In this document: in pieces, positions 11,205 through 19,835 of the stretch
Layout: the number at the start of each line of letters is the position of its first letter
Position numbering within the stretch: the stretch's first letter is position 1
Assembly: GCA_002788855.1 (NCBI GenBank)
Contig: PFSB01000006.1
Span: forward strand, 99,292-163,291
Direction: 5' to 3'
DNA: 64,000 nt
Origin: Candidatus Roizmanbacteria bacterium CG_4_9_14_0_2_um_filter_38_17
GTDB lineage: Bacteria; Patescibacteriota; Microgenomatia; GCA-00278855
Translations under genes and position numbers: made by a program
The notes under the pieces: generated by a model
What the model saw: the letters and a program-made list of their open reading frames with translations, nothing else
Databases searched by the model: none
Told to the model about the DNA's origin: nothing

Positions 11205-11327
11205 TCAGTAGCCCCTTGAGATTAGATCAGCTATATTTTTCCCATCTCTGACTGCTTGGTTGGTTCCTCGGTCTTCTGGATAAACTTGAGCCATATTTAC
11301 TAAATAGAGATTATCTATACCGGTTTT
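11205..11327 (-). pseudogene. 3' fragment of an ortholog of the 12119-13441 FAD oxidoreductase
   Basis: Translates KTGIDNLYLVNMAQVYPEDRGTNQAVRDGKNIADLISRGY*; 11238-11327 is 85/90 nt identical to 12155-12244. Confidence 0.92.
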
Positions 11328-11356
11328 TTTGTTTTAAAACCGGGTTTTAAAACAAA
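11328..11356. repeat. REP-like palindrome TTTGTTTTAAAAC-CGG-GTTTTAAAACAAA (REP-B variant)
   Basis: Perfect 13-bp arms; core AAAAC-nGG-GTTTT shared with REP-B. Confidence 0.85.
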
Positions 11357-11357
11357 T

Positions 11358-11448
11358 ATGTTTCTGTCTTTAATCTTAGCAACTCTTTGGCGTCCACGCC
11401 TGAGTGCTATTGTGGGATTAGTATGTTTGTTATTGTCTATTTCTCTGT
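11358..11448 (+). pseudogene. Diverged fragment of the 9827-10048 small membrane protein gene
   Basis: RPRLSAIVGLVCLLLSISL aligns with KPRLCVVVGLACFGLSIPL; C-terminal half missing. Confidence 0.75.
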
Positions 11449-11469
11449 CCGCAAGTAGCCCTGATTTGC
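11449..11469 (+). repeat. 21-bp direct repeat, copy 2 (CCGCAAGTAGCCCTGATTTGC)
   Basis: 20/21 identical to 10039-10059. Confidence 0.85.
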
Positions 11470-11512
11470 GCCAGAATTAACAAGGTTTGAATCTATCCGG
11501 GGGAGCGATTGT

Positions 11513-11540
11513 TGACAATCTGTACAGAATTATGTAAAAT
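11513..11540 (+). promoter_or_regulatory. TA promoter with YefM-type operator (TGTACA...TGTAAA)
   Basis: TTGACA 11513-11518, TAAAAT 11535-11540; TGTACA 11521 and TGTAAA 11533 are 12 bp apart, like the E. coli yefM-yoeB operator cores. Confidence 0.7.
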
Positions 11541-11546
11541 GAAGAC

Positions 11547-11822
11547 ATGACAATAACAATACCCATAACACAAGCAAGGGAAGAATTGACGAGCCTTGTG
11601 GATAATGTCAAGAGGAAGCTAGATGAGTATGTAATTACAGTTAATGGAACCCCTGCGGCGGTTGTGATATCTTCGGCAGAGTACGAATCTTGGAAAGAAA
11701 CAAATGAAATTCTATCTGATTTGGAACTTACAAAAGCTATAAAGAAGGGTGAGAAAGATGTAGATAAAGGACGGATTTATTCTCTTGAACAGCTGAGAAA
11801 AGAATTGAAACTTGTTTTTTAA
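11547..11822 (+). CDS. Phd/YefM family antitoxin
   Basis: ITQAREEL...YVITVNGTPAAVVISSAEYES signature. Confidence 0.93.
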   Translation: MTITIPITQAREELTSLVDNVKRKLDEYVITVNGTPAAVVISSAEYESWKETNEILSDLELTKAIKKGEKDVDKGRIYSLEQLRKELKLVF

Positions 11823-11827
11823 GTAAG

Positions 11828-12079
11828 ATGTATAGAATACTTATTACTTCTCAAGCTAGAAAAGAACTCAAAAAGATTAAAAAGAAATACCAGCAAGCAA
11901 TAGTAGAAATACTTGTTGAGCTTCAAGAAAATCCCAGATCAGGCAAGCCCCTAACGCGAGAGTTGACTGGAAAATTTTCTTATAAGGTAGGAGTATATAG
12001 AATAATATATACAATTAATGACCTAGATAAGACAATCCATATTCTAACAGCGGGTCATCGTTCTAGTGTATATAAATAG
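11828..12079 (+). CDS. RelE/ParE family toxin
   Basis: Basic 83 aa; KVGVYRIIYTI...AGHRSSVYK. Confidence 0.93.
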   Translation: MYRILITSQARKELKKIKKKYQQAIVEILVELQENPRSGKPLTRELTGKFSYKVGVYRIIYTINDLDKTIHILTAGHRSSVYK

Positions 12080-12087
12080 CTTGTGTG

Positions 12088-12120
12088 AATTTTCTGCAAG
12101 GACAAAACTTGCAGAAAATT
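12088..12120. terminator. Hairpin AATTTTCTGCAAG-GACAAAA-CTTGCAGAAAATT between convergent genes; likely bidirectional terminator/REP
   Basis: Perfect 13-bp arms; related TACAAGGACAAATCTTGTAGAAAA at 47494-47517. Confidence 0.7.
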
Positions 12121-13441
12121 AGTATTCACCAAAGATGATTTTGTCTGCAATTGATTTTCCATCTCTGACTGCTTGGTTGGTGCCTCTGTCTTCCGGATAA
12201 ACTTGAGCCATGTTTACTAAATAGAGATTATCTATACCGGTTTTAACAGGTGGGATATAGTTATGATAATTTGTGTCTACGATGGGTTGAGCAAACTTAT
12301 CTCTAAATATCCAATGTGCATCTACAAAGGACTTGTTAAATTTGGGATTAATTTTCTTTAGTTCTTTAACAATTAGCTCAAATAAGTCTGTTTTATTCAT
12401 GGTCATTAACTCGTCCGTCTGGGCTGGGTAGGCACCAGCATAAAGCAAGTGAGCTCCACTATATTTATTTGGTGATACAAAATTAGTATGTTCAACTACA
12501 GCCAGAATATGTGAATTTGGATCGTTAACGTTTAGCCAATAGATATCTTTCATAAATTGTTTTTTTAGTTGCAAGATGGCCACCATTGCCCCACGATACT
12601 TAACCTTAGCCAGTTTTTCTGTATATTCTGCTGGTAAAGATGGGCAAAGCTTGGCAAAGACTGGATTTGGGGTTGTGACAATAATTTTGTCATATTGCAA
12701 GGTTTGACCTTTTTGAACTTGCAGGGTCAAACCCTGTTTGCTTGAAGGTTTAATTTCAACAATGTCTGAATTGGTATAGAGATTTACCTGCTTATTCCTA
12801 AGCTTCTCTAATAGCTTATCAATTAATAATTTAAATCCTCCATCAAGATAGACCAGCTCCTCATTAGCGCCGTTTCTGGATTTGCTTCGAAGATATAGCC
12901 TTGACCAGAGCCAAGCCATGGATATGCTGTCTGCGTGTTCTCCAAACTTTCCCTTTAAAAGTGGTTCCCAGATTATCTTATATGCCCTTCGGCCCGCGTA
13001 TTTGAGAATCCAGTTGCCAGCTGACAACTGTGCTAGCTTTTTCCAATTTTTATCAGTAACAAATTTTTGTAGATATATTGCCACAAACCCCAGTCTAATT
13101 CGGTCAATAAGGGGTAGAGGAGAGAAATGAAGTAAGTCTTTTGGTGTGGAGAAAGAGTAGATTTTACTGTTGTAGTGGATACCTACTGAACTTGGTAAAT
13201 AAAGTAGCTTATGATCAATATTTAGTTCGTGAATAAGGCCAATAATATCTTTGTCAGATTTAAATAGGTGATGATAGTAGCCTTCAAAACCTACTCCATT
13301 TACTGTAAGCAATCCCAGTAGTCCACCAAAATTAGCATTTTTTTCGTATAGATCTATCTGGTATTCGGGGTTTTGTGAGAGATAATAGGTTGTGCTTAAT
13401 CCTGACATGCCTCCTCCGATTATTGCAATTTTTGTTTTCAT
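12119..13441 (-). CDS. FAD-dependent oxidoreductase (amine oxidase/protoporphyrinogen oxidase-like)
   Basis: IAIIGGGMSGL...EK...GGL; YYHHLF; C-terminal YPEDRG; ATG 13441. Confidence 0.88.
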   Translation of the reverse strand: MKTKIAIIGGGMSGLSTTYYLSQNPEYQIDLYEKNANFGGLLGLLTVNGVGFEGYYHHLFKSDKDIIGLIHELNIDHKLLYLPSSVGIHYNSKIYSFSTPKDLLHFSPLPLIDRIRLGFVAIYLQKFVTDKNWKKLAQLSAGNWILKYAGRRAYKIIWEPLLKGKFGEHADSISMAWLWSRLYLRSKSRNGANEELVYLDGGFKLLIDKLLEKLRNKQVNLYTNSDIVEIKPSSKQGLTLQVQKGQTLQYDKIIVTTPNPVFAKLCPSLPAEYTEKLAKVKYRGAMVAILQLKKQFMKDIYWLNVNDPNSHILAVVEHTNFVSPNKYSGAHLLYAGAYPAQTDELMTMNKTDLFELIVKELKKINPKFNKSFVDAHWIFRDKFAQPIVDTNYHNYIPPVKTGIDNLYLVNMAQVYPEDRGTNQAVRDGKSIADKIIFGEY

Positions 13442-13470
13442 GCTCAATTTAAGGCTTAGCCTTATTTCGC

Positions 13471-15096
13471 TTAATACTTTACTTTATCTGTAACGTCTAT
13501 AAAATCATAAGGATGTTCAAGGTCAGATGTTATATAGTTGTTATCAGGTAATAATTCCAGATTAGTGTTGAAATATTGATTAAAAATTACTCTAAAAGAG
13601 TTAACTGGAGATATGCTGGGATACAGTATCTCTTGCATGTTCATATTGGGTAGATAATAGGCATTTAGGATACGCATTTTAACTCTAAGTGCGTTATCAC
13701 TGAGCGTTCTCCAATCCATATCTTCACCGCAGTGACCCCAGCCATCGTCTTCTGCTAATTCTGGAATAATGCCACAGGGGCCTTCGTCTGACTGAACAAT
13801 AATGATTGGTTCAGATTCTGAATTAAGCAGAATGTTATCTACAATATCTTGGATAACTTTGTTGGTATAGATTAATTGATCCAGATAACTGTCTGAATCA
13901 CTTTGGCTATTTACATCACTTTCAGTTATATGGTTACCTTCCCTGTCATAAATATATGGTCCATGGGGAAGTAGCATATGGACAAACACAAACTTAGGAC
14001 CAGACTTTGTTTTAGTGATCTGCTCTAACCTCTTAACTTTAGCTGGAATCCTTAACTTCTGCTCAACCCGAAGATAGTTTTCTTCACCGAATTCAACAGC
14101 CTGCATTTTGGCAAGCACTGGTAAGGCTAGTGTGGTCTGCAAGAACTCTCTGGAGAACTGATCAAGCCCTAGAAAGCTCCAACTATATACTTCGTCTGCT
14201 AGAGTATTGTCAGCTGTAGGAAACCACCACGACCCAAGGTGATAATAGGTATATCCTAGTTCCTTCAGTGCTAGTCCAACTTGATGTTTATTCAGCATAC
14301 TGTTAATGAGTGTTTGGTCCTCCGACTCTTTCCCATATTGATCGGTAAGATGGTTAAGATAGGTCATGTTTAATGAAGAAGCGAGTGACTGGAATGTTTT
14401 AGGGTAATTTGCAACACTTTTATCTGTGACATAAAAGCCTGCGTTATTTAGGTAGTTAGTAAACTCTGCGTTATCATAATCTAGTTCTGATAGTAGAGTA
14501 GAGTTGGCAGCGTAGCGGTCGAAGATGAGGTAGTATATGTCTGGTTTAACAGCGCTTCTTAAAATCCCAAAGCTAGCTTTGGGATTGGAAGCTTGATTGG
14601 CATTAGAGCTTGGTTTGTGGGAGATAATGGTGAAGGCAGATGAAAGTAGGAGAACAATGCTCATTATAAAAAATAGCTGATTAAATTTCTCGACAAAGGT
14701 CCCACCTTTCACTTTGTGAAAGGAACGACCAAGTCTCGCATTTTGTATACCTAAGCTTATGAGAAATAACTCTGATACAAAAAGAAGCTTATCTGGGCCA
14801 ACTTTTAATATTCCAAGATCTATATTAAATTCTGGTGGAAATAGCTGTACCAAATGTCCGTGGGTAAAAAAGATTAAAATAAATATACTTGCAATAAAGG
14901 CTGTTTTAGCCTTGTTTCGGATAACCATTATTAATATTAATGTAGTGGAAACGGTTGCTAAAACTGAATATGCTAGGGGTTTATATACCATATTAATTGG
15001 AGTCTCTGCTATATTGTGGGCATAGAGAAAAAGAACTGAATATATAGCGAAAATGACAGGGTTGAGTAGTACTAATTTTTTTGACATAGATATCAT
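13471..15096 (-). CDS. Membrane-anchored sulfatase/alkaline-phosphatase superfamily protein (NoeB/LTA-synthase-like)
   Basis: Five N-terminal TMs, PDIYYLIFDRY, FVHMLLPHGPY, IIVQSDEG. Confidence 0.8.
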   Translation of the reverse strand: MISMSKKLVLLNPVIFAIYSVLFLYAHNIAETPINMVYKPLAYSVLATVSTTLILIMVIRNKAKTAFIASIFILIFFTHGHLVQLFPPEFNIDLGILKVGPDKLLFVSELFLISLGIQNARLGRSFHKVKGGTFVEKFNQLFFIMSIVLLLSSAFTIISHKPSSNANQASNPKASFGILRSAVKPDIYYLIFDRYAANSTLLSELDYDNAEFTNYLNNAGFYVTDKSVANYPKTFQSLASSLNMTYLNHLTDQYGKESEDQTLINSMLNKHQVGLALKELGYTYYHLGSWWFPTADNTLADEVYSWSFLGLDQFSREFLQTTLALPVLAKMQAVEFGEENYLRVEQKLRIPAKVKRLEQITKTKSGPKFVFVHMLLPHGPYIYDREGNHITESDVNSQSDSDSYLDQLIYTNKVIQDIVDNILLNSESEPIIIVQSDEGPCGIIPELAEDDGWGHCGEDMDWRTLSDNALRVKMRILNAYYLPNMNMQEILYPSISPVNSFRVIFNQYFNTNLELLPDNNYITSDLEHPYDFIDVTDKVKY

Positions 15097-16475
15097 CTAG
15101 ATTTCAGCCAGTATAGCGTTCGTTTGGAACCAGTAATTTTGTGTTTGGATTTTGTGATGAAATATTCATCAAACTCTTGTTCAAACTGGACTTGAGTATA
15201 CTTGTCAAAAATATCTTTGCGACTTGCTAGCATTTTCTGAACTTGGGAATCTGTTTTGGGAACAAACTCAATAACCAAATTAGCTGTAATGCTATGCAGA
15301 TACTCTGCAATACTGCTCAAGGGTAAGTTGTTGGAAATAGCTAGGTGATGGATTAATGCCAATGCCAGAACCAGATCGACTGGTCCACGCTCAATAAGAG
15401 ACATACGCTCACAGTTTTGCCAACCGAGCGCAGGAGATGGATTTGTTAGGTCCTGGATCAAAGGAAGAATATTATTAATCTTTATATTATTAAGCTTAAG
15501 ATAATTGCGTTCAACTGCTAGAGGGTCAATGTCAAAGGCGATGACATTTTTTGTGTAAGGTGCAGTGGTTATGCTAAATTCTCCGGTATTTGCTCCTAAA
15601 TCCCAGATCTGTTTAGGCTTAATCTTTTTAGTAATGTCTTTAACTAGCTTTTGTTTATGTGTAAAAGCTTTACCAGAATAGTTGGTTTGGTTGTAGTAGT
15701 CTCCCCATTCTGTCTTGGCGATATTCCAATTTAAGCTTTCTATGGTTGATTTTAGATTGATTAATATATTTGTTAACTGAGTTTTTGAAATTCCTCTTGG
15801 GTTGGTTTTTACAGTTTCGTGTTTGTCAGCATAACGTTTCTGACTTTGTGCATGAAGATGGATGTGGGTTGCTATTCCAAAATTTAACCACGACTTTTTA
15901 GGTAATAGTTTAGAAGCTAAATCCAACGGAATTCCGTCTATATTTGTTCGTAGGAGCTCCCGGGTGCGAATATCTGCATATGACATGAGAGCTAGTGGAG
16001 CAAGAAAGTGTTGGCAGAACTGTTTGTAAGCCACCCAAGGCTCTTTATTCTCATATTCTTGGAAAGACAGAGTATCTATTAATATAGCTTTATTTTTAAT
16101 AAACTGTATATTAAATGCACTAGCATCTTTTAGGATCATGTTATGTTTTAAAGCTATTAGAGAGATATCTAGCGTGGCAAGCGCAGCAACTTTAAGTTGA
16201 GAAAAACTCCATTCGTATGCATATGAGATAAAAGGTATCATGTCTGGCTTAATTACCTTGTATGACAAAGCTGGCTCAGTTGATTTTTTAGTTGATTCTC
16301 TGTGTGGGATTAATAAACTCTTTTCTAAGAGGTCTTTATATAGACCACTTGATATGAGCTTGTCATAATTACTCTTATACGACTTATTTATTTGTCTGTA
16401 GATCGCGCGGCCTTCGAGAAAAATGAAGCCGGATGGATCACGAAATGAGCCTGGAAGCTTAGTTGTTTTTTTCAT
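15093..16475 (-). CDS. NoeA-like protein with C-terminal SAM methyltransferase domain
   Basis: SFRDPSG N-terminus, LKDASAFNIQF...LID kinase-like motif, WDLGANTGEFS, LALALIHHL; ATG 16475 preferred. Confidence 0.8.
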   Translation of the reverse strand: MKKTTKLPGSFRDPSGFIFLEGRAIYRQINKSYKSNYDKLISSGLYKDLLEKSLLIPHRESTKKSTEPALSYKVIKPDMIPFISYAYEWSFSQLKVAALATLDISLIALKHNMILKDASAFNIQFIKNKAILIDTLSFQEYENKEPWVAYKQFCQHFLAPLALMSYADIRTRELLRTNIDGIPLDLASKLLPKKSWLNFGIATHIHLHAQSQKRYADKHETVKTNPRGISKTQLTNILINLKSTIESLNWNIAKTEWGDYYNQTNYSGKAFTHKQKLVKDITKKIKPKQIWDLGANTGEFSITTAPYTKNVIAFDIDPLAVERNYLKLNNIKINNILPLIQDLTNPSPALGWQNCERMSLIERGPVDLVLALALIHHLAISNNLPLSSIAEYLHSITANLVIEFVPKTDSQVQKMLASRKDIFDKYTQVQFEQEFDEYFITKSKHKITGSKRTLYWLKSR

Positions 16476-16665
16476 CAGCACTGGATTTTGGTTTACGTTT
16501 AAAGAGCTCAACTATTTTGCTCCAGCCAGATTTAAAGACAACAGCCCCACCTATTATTGAAGCTATAAGGATCTGAAAGACATAGCTACCCGTACCAGGA
16601 TCGAGGTATGCGTGAGCATGCTCGGGGAACAATAATACACTTAGTGTTAAGAGCAAAAGCAACAT
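16459..16665 (-). CDS. Small AYLDPGTGS-motif membrane protein
   Basis: Signal peptide ending AHA, YLDPGTGS, TM helix, basic tail; TAAAAT 7 nt before ATG. Confidence 0.8.
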   Translation of the reverse strand: MLLLLLTLSVLLFPEHAHAYLDPGTGSYVFQILIASIIGGAVVFKSGWSKIVELFKRKPKSSADEKNN

Positions 16666-16707
16666 AAAGTGTATTTTAGCACTGTTTAAGCTAAAATTGA
16701 ATTAGAT

Positions 16708-17244
16708 ATGCGAATAGGAGTAGATATTTCACAAGTTGTGTATTCTGGTACGGGAGTAGGTGAATACACTAAAAGATTAATAGTTAATCTTGTAAAGAAC
16801 GATACGAAGAATGAGTATGTGTTGTTTTTTTCAAGCTTAAGAAGAAAACTACCAGATTCTATAGCTAAGATCCAGAATGAAAACGTAAGCATCAAGAGGT
16901 TTTATCTTCCACCTACTTTATTAGATATACTCTGGAATCGTTTGGGCATATTTCCGATTGAATGGTTTATAGGAAAAGTAGACGTCTTTATTTCCAGTGA
17001 CTGGACGCAGCCGAGCTCTCGCTTGGCTAAACTAGTAACAGTAGTACATGATCTTTCTCCATTAAAGTTCCCCCAAGAGCACCACCCTTTAATAGTAAAT
17101 GTTCATAAACGAAGACTAGATAAAGTAAAAAAACTCTGTAGCATGATAATTTGCGATAGTAAGGCAACTAAACAAGACTTAGTTGAAATGTTAGGTATTA
17201 GTGAATCAGGTGTAAAAGTTGTTTATCCTGGAGGGAAACTATGA
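16708..17244 (+). CDS. Glycosyltransferase family 4, N-terminal domain only
   Basis: MRIGVD, TGVGEYT, VTVVHDL, ends VKVVYPG; no C-terminal EGFG domain. Confidence 0.8.
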   Translation: MRIGVDISQVVYSGTGVGEYTKRLIVNLVKNDTKNEYVLFFSSLRRKLPDSIAKIQNENVSIKRFYLPPTLLDILWNRLGIFPIEWFIGKVDVFISSDWTQPSSRLAKLVTVVHDLSPLKFPQEHHPLIVNVHKRRLDKVKKLCSMIICDSKATKQDLVEMLGISESGVKVVYPGGKL

Positions 17245-18347
17245 TGTTAATAGGTGTTGATGGTAATGAGGCTAATCAAGACACAAGGGTAGGAATTGGT
17301 AGGTATGCGATGGAACTGCTATGGCAGTTCTACAATTTTCAAATACCAAATATCAAACTCCAAATTTATTTAAAAGATAAACCGAGAGGCCATATGCCTA
17401 AAGAGAAAGATGGGTGGGAATATAAAATTGTTGGTCCTCGAGCGTTTTGGACACAAATAGGTCTACCAATTGATCTATTTTTAGACAAAAATAGACCAGA
17501 TATATTCTGGACACCAACACATTATGCTCCGCGTTTTTGCCCCGTCCCAAGTATTGTATCGATCATGGACACTTCGTATCTACACTATCCAGAAATGTTT
17601 AAGAAAAGAGATCTATATCAATTGACGAGTTGGAGCAAATATTCAATAAATAACGCAGCTATGGTTTTGACTATCAGTAAAGCAGCAAGAGCTGATATAA
17701 TTAAGTTCTATAATGTTGATCCGACAAAAGTAGTGGTTACTTATCCGGGGATTGTAATGAATAAAAATATACTAACGAATAAGATTTTAGCTAAATATGG
17801 AATTAAGCCCAACTTTATTCTGTATGTTGGCACGCTTCAGCCACGCAAGAATTTAGTTCGCTTAATAGAGGCATTTGGTCTGTTGGAAAATAAGACGTTG
17901 CAGTTAGTTATAGTTGGAAAAAAAGGTTGGTTGTTTGACGAGATATTTACAAAAGTAAATGAGCTAGGACTGGAAGATAGAGTTATTTTTACAGGATTTG
18001 TGCCGGACGAAGAACTTTCAAGCTTCTATCAAGAAGCCAAGCTAATTACTTTAGTAAGTCTGTATGAGGGATTTGGGTTACCACCTCTTGAGGCGATGAG
18101 TTATGGTACGCCAGCTGTAGTTTCAAATGTCTCTAGTTTGCCGGAGATTGTTGGTGAGGCGGGTATTTTAGTTAATCCAGAGGATTCATCAGATATAGCC
18201 TCCGGAATAACGAAGGCTCTTACTATGTCTGATTCGGCTTATAATAAGCAAAGGGAGCTGGCAAAAGCACAAGCAGCTAAGTTTAATTGGAGTGACACAG
18301 CTAGAGAGACGCTTCAAGTATTGCAAAGTGTAGTTGGGAATATATAA
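17241..18347 (+). CDS. Glycosyltransferase family 4
   Basis: VGTLQPRKN, SLYEGFGLPPLEAM. Confidence 0.95.
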   Translation: MMLIGVDGNEANQDTRVGIGRYAMELLWQFYNFQIPNIKLQIYLKDKPRGHMPKEKDGWEYKIVGPRAFWTQIGLPIDLFLDKNRPDIFWTPTHYAPRFCPVPSIVSIMDTSYLHYPEMFKKRDLYQLTSWSKYSINNAAMVLTISKAARADIIKFYNVDPTKVVVTYPGIVMNKNILTNKILAKYGIKPNFILYVGTLQPRKNLVRLIEAFGLLENKTLQLVIVGKKGWLFDEIFTKVNELGLEDRVIFTGFVPDEELSSFYQEAKLITLVSLYEGFGLPPLEAMSYGTPAVVSNVSSLPEIVGEAGILVNPEDSSDIASGITKALTMSDSAYNKQRELAKAQAAKFNWSDTARETLQVLQSVVGNI

Positions 18348-18362
18348 AGATCGGATCTTTAT
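18339..18362. repeat. REP-A dispersed copy AATATATAAAGATCGGATCTTTAT
   Basis: 24/24 identical to 35343-35366; contains the GT stop codon. Confidence 0.9.
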
Positions 18363-18369
18363 TAATTAT

Positions 18370-18963
18370 ATGAAAGATAAATATGGAGATAAATTAAGTT
18401 CAGGTGAGGTTCTACAAAAAGGAATGAATAGGATAGATGGTATTCTATTGGATCTAGAACTTATGATTCTACGCTGGATTGGGCACGTACCATTTCACAG
18501 TTTCCGTAAGCTCTTCTATAGACTTTCGGGTATGAAAATAGGCAAGGGCTCGAATATTCACATGTGGGCTTGTTTTTTTGAGCCAGCTGGAATATCAATA
18601 GGAGAAGACACAATTGTCGGAAATAATGTATTTTTAGATGGTAGGGCTCCGATCACTCTGGGCAATCATGTAGACGTTGCCGCGGAAGTAATGATTTATT
18701 CGTCCCAACATGATATTGATGATCCAAAATTCAAAGCAGTATTTAAACCAGTGAATATTGGAAATTATGTATTTATTGGACCCAGAGCTATTATTTTACC
18801 AGGTGTGACGATAGGAGAAGGAGCAATAGTTGCCGCGGGAGCAGTTGTGTCAAAAGACGTAGCTCCTTTTACTGTTGTAGGAGGTGTTCCGGCTATTAAT
18901 ATACGTGATAGGAAACTTGTGGACCCTCAATACATACTTGGACGTGCGCGTAATTTTCAATAA
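18370..18963 (+). CDS. Hexapeptide-repeat O-acyltransferase
   Basis: IGPRAIILPGVTIGEGAIVAAGAVVSKDV...VGGVPA; ATG 18370 preferred. Confidence 0.92.
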   Translation: MKDKYGDKLSSGEVLQKGMNRIDGILLDLELMILRWIGHVPFHSFRKLFYRLSGMKIGKGSNIHMWACFFEPAGISIGEDTIVGNNVFLDGRAPITLGNHVDVAAEVMIYSSQHDIDDPKFKAVFKPVNIGNYVFIGPRAIILPGVTIGEGAIVAAGAVVSKDVAPFTVVGGVPAINIRDRKLVDPQYILGRARNFQ

Positions 18964-19835
18964 TGGACCTTTCGATAATAATCTTAAGCTACAATACAGT
19001 AAAGCTACTAGAAGAATGTCTCCAGTCTGTGTTTTTCGGTCTGCAAAACTCTAATCTAAGATTTGAGCTTATCGTGGTGGATAATGCGTCAACCGATGAC
19101 AGCGTAGCAATGGTAGATAAGCAGTTTAAAGCTGTAAAGCTCATAGAAAGCAAAAAAAATATGGGATATTCCAAAGCAAACAATTTAGCAGCTCGCAGGG
19201 CAAAGGGTAAATATTTACTTTTTCTTAATTCAGATATAGTTGTATTAGATAGTGCGATAGATAAACTTCATCGCTTTATTGATCAGAATGTTGATGCTAG
19301 TATTGCAGGAGGCAAACTGTTAAATACTGGTGGAAAATCAGCGCAACCTTCCTGTGGACCATTTTATTCATTACCTGTATCGTTTGGTGTATTATTCTTG
19401 CGTGGTGATCACTGGGGATTAACAAGATATTCACCAGACGTGGTTAAAAAAGTAGATTGGGTTTCTGGGGCTTGCTTAATGTTAGAAAAAGATATTTTTA
19501 ATAAGATCGGTGGATTTGATGAATCGATTTTCATGTATATGGATGAGATAGATATTCTTTATAGGGCTTCTAAAAAAGGATACCGGACATACTTTTATCC
19601 CGATGCAAAGTTTATTCATCATGGAGCTGCAAGCTCAAAAAGCAATCGTGCTCCGGTAATTAATATATTTAAGGGTCTGGTGTATTTTTATAGGAAGCAT
19701 CATAAGGGTGCAAACTTGTTGGTTCTTCAACTAATGTTATTGTTGAAAGGATTATTAGGTATAATAGTTGGTATGTTGGTGCGTAATAGGAATATGCGGA
19801 TAAGTTATAAGCAAGCAATGCGGGAAGCAATATGA
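18963..19835 (+). CDS. Glycosyltransferase family 2 (WbbL-like)
   Basis: VVDNASTD, FLNSD, VSGAC, FDESIFMY. Confidence 0.92.
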   Translation: MDLSIIILSYNTVKLLEECLQSVFFGLQNSNLRFELIVVDNASTDDSVAMVDKQFKAVKLIESKKNMGYSKANNLAARRAKGKYLLFLNSDIVVLDSAIDKLHRFIDQNVDASIAGGKLLNTGGKSAQPSCGPFYSLPVSFGVLFLRGDHWGLTRYSPDVVKKVDWVSGACLMLEKDIFNKIGGFDESIFMYMDEIDILYRASKKGYRTYFYPDAKFIHHGAASSKSNRAPVINIFKGLVYFYRKHHKGANLLVLQLMLLLKGLLGIIVGMLVRNRNMRISYKQAMREAI

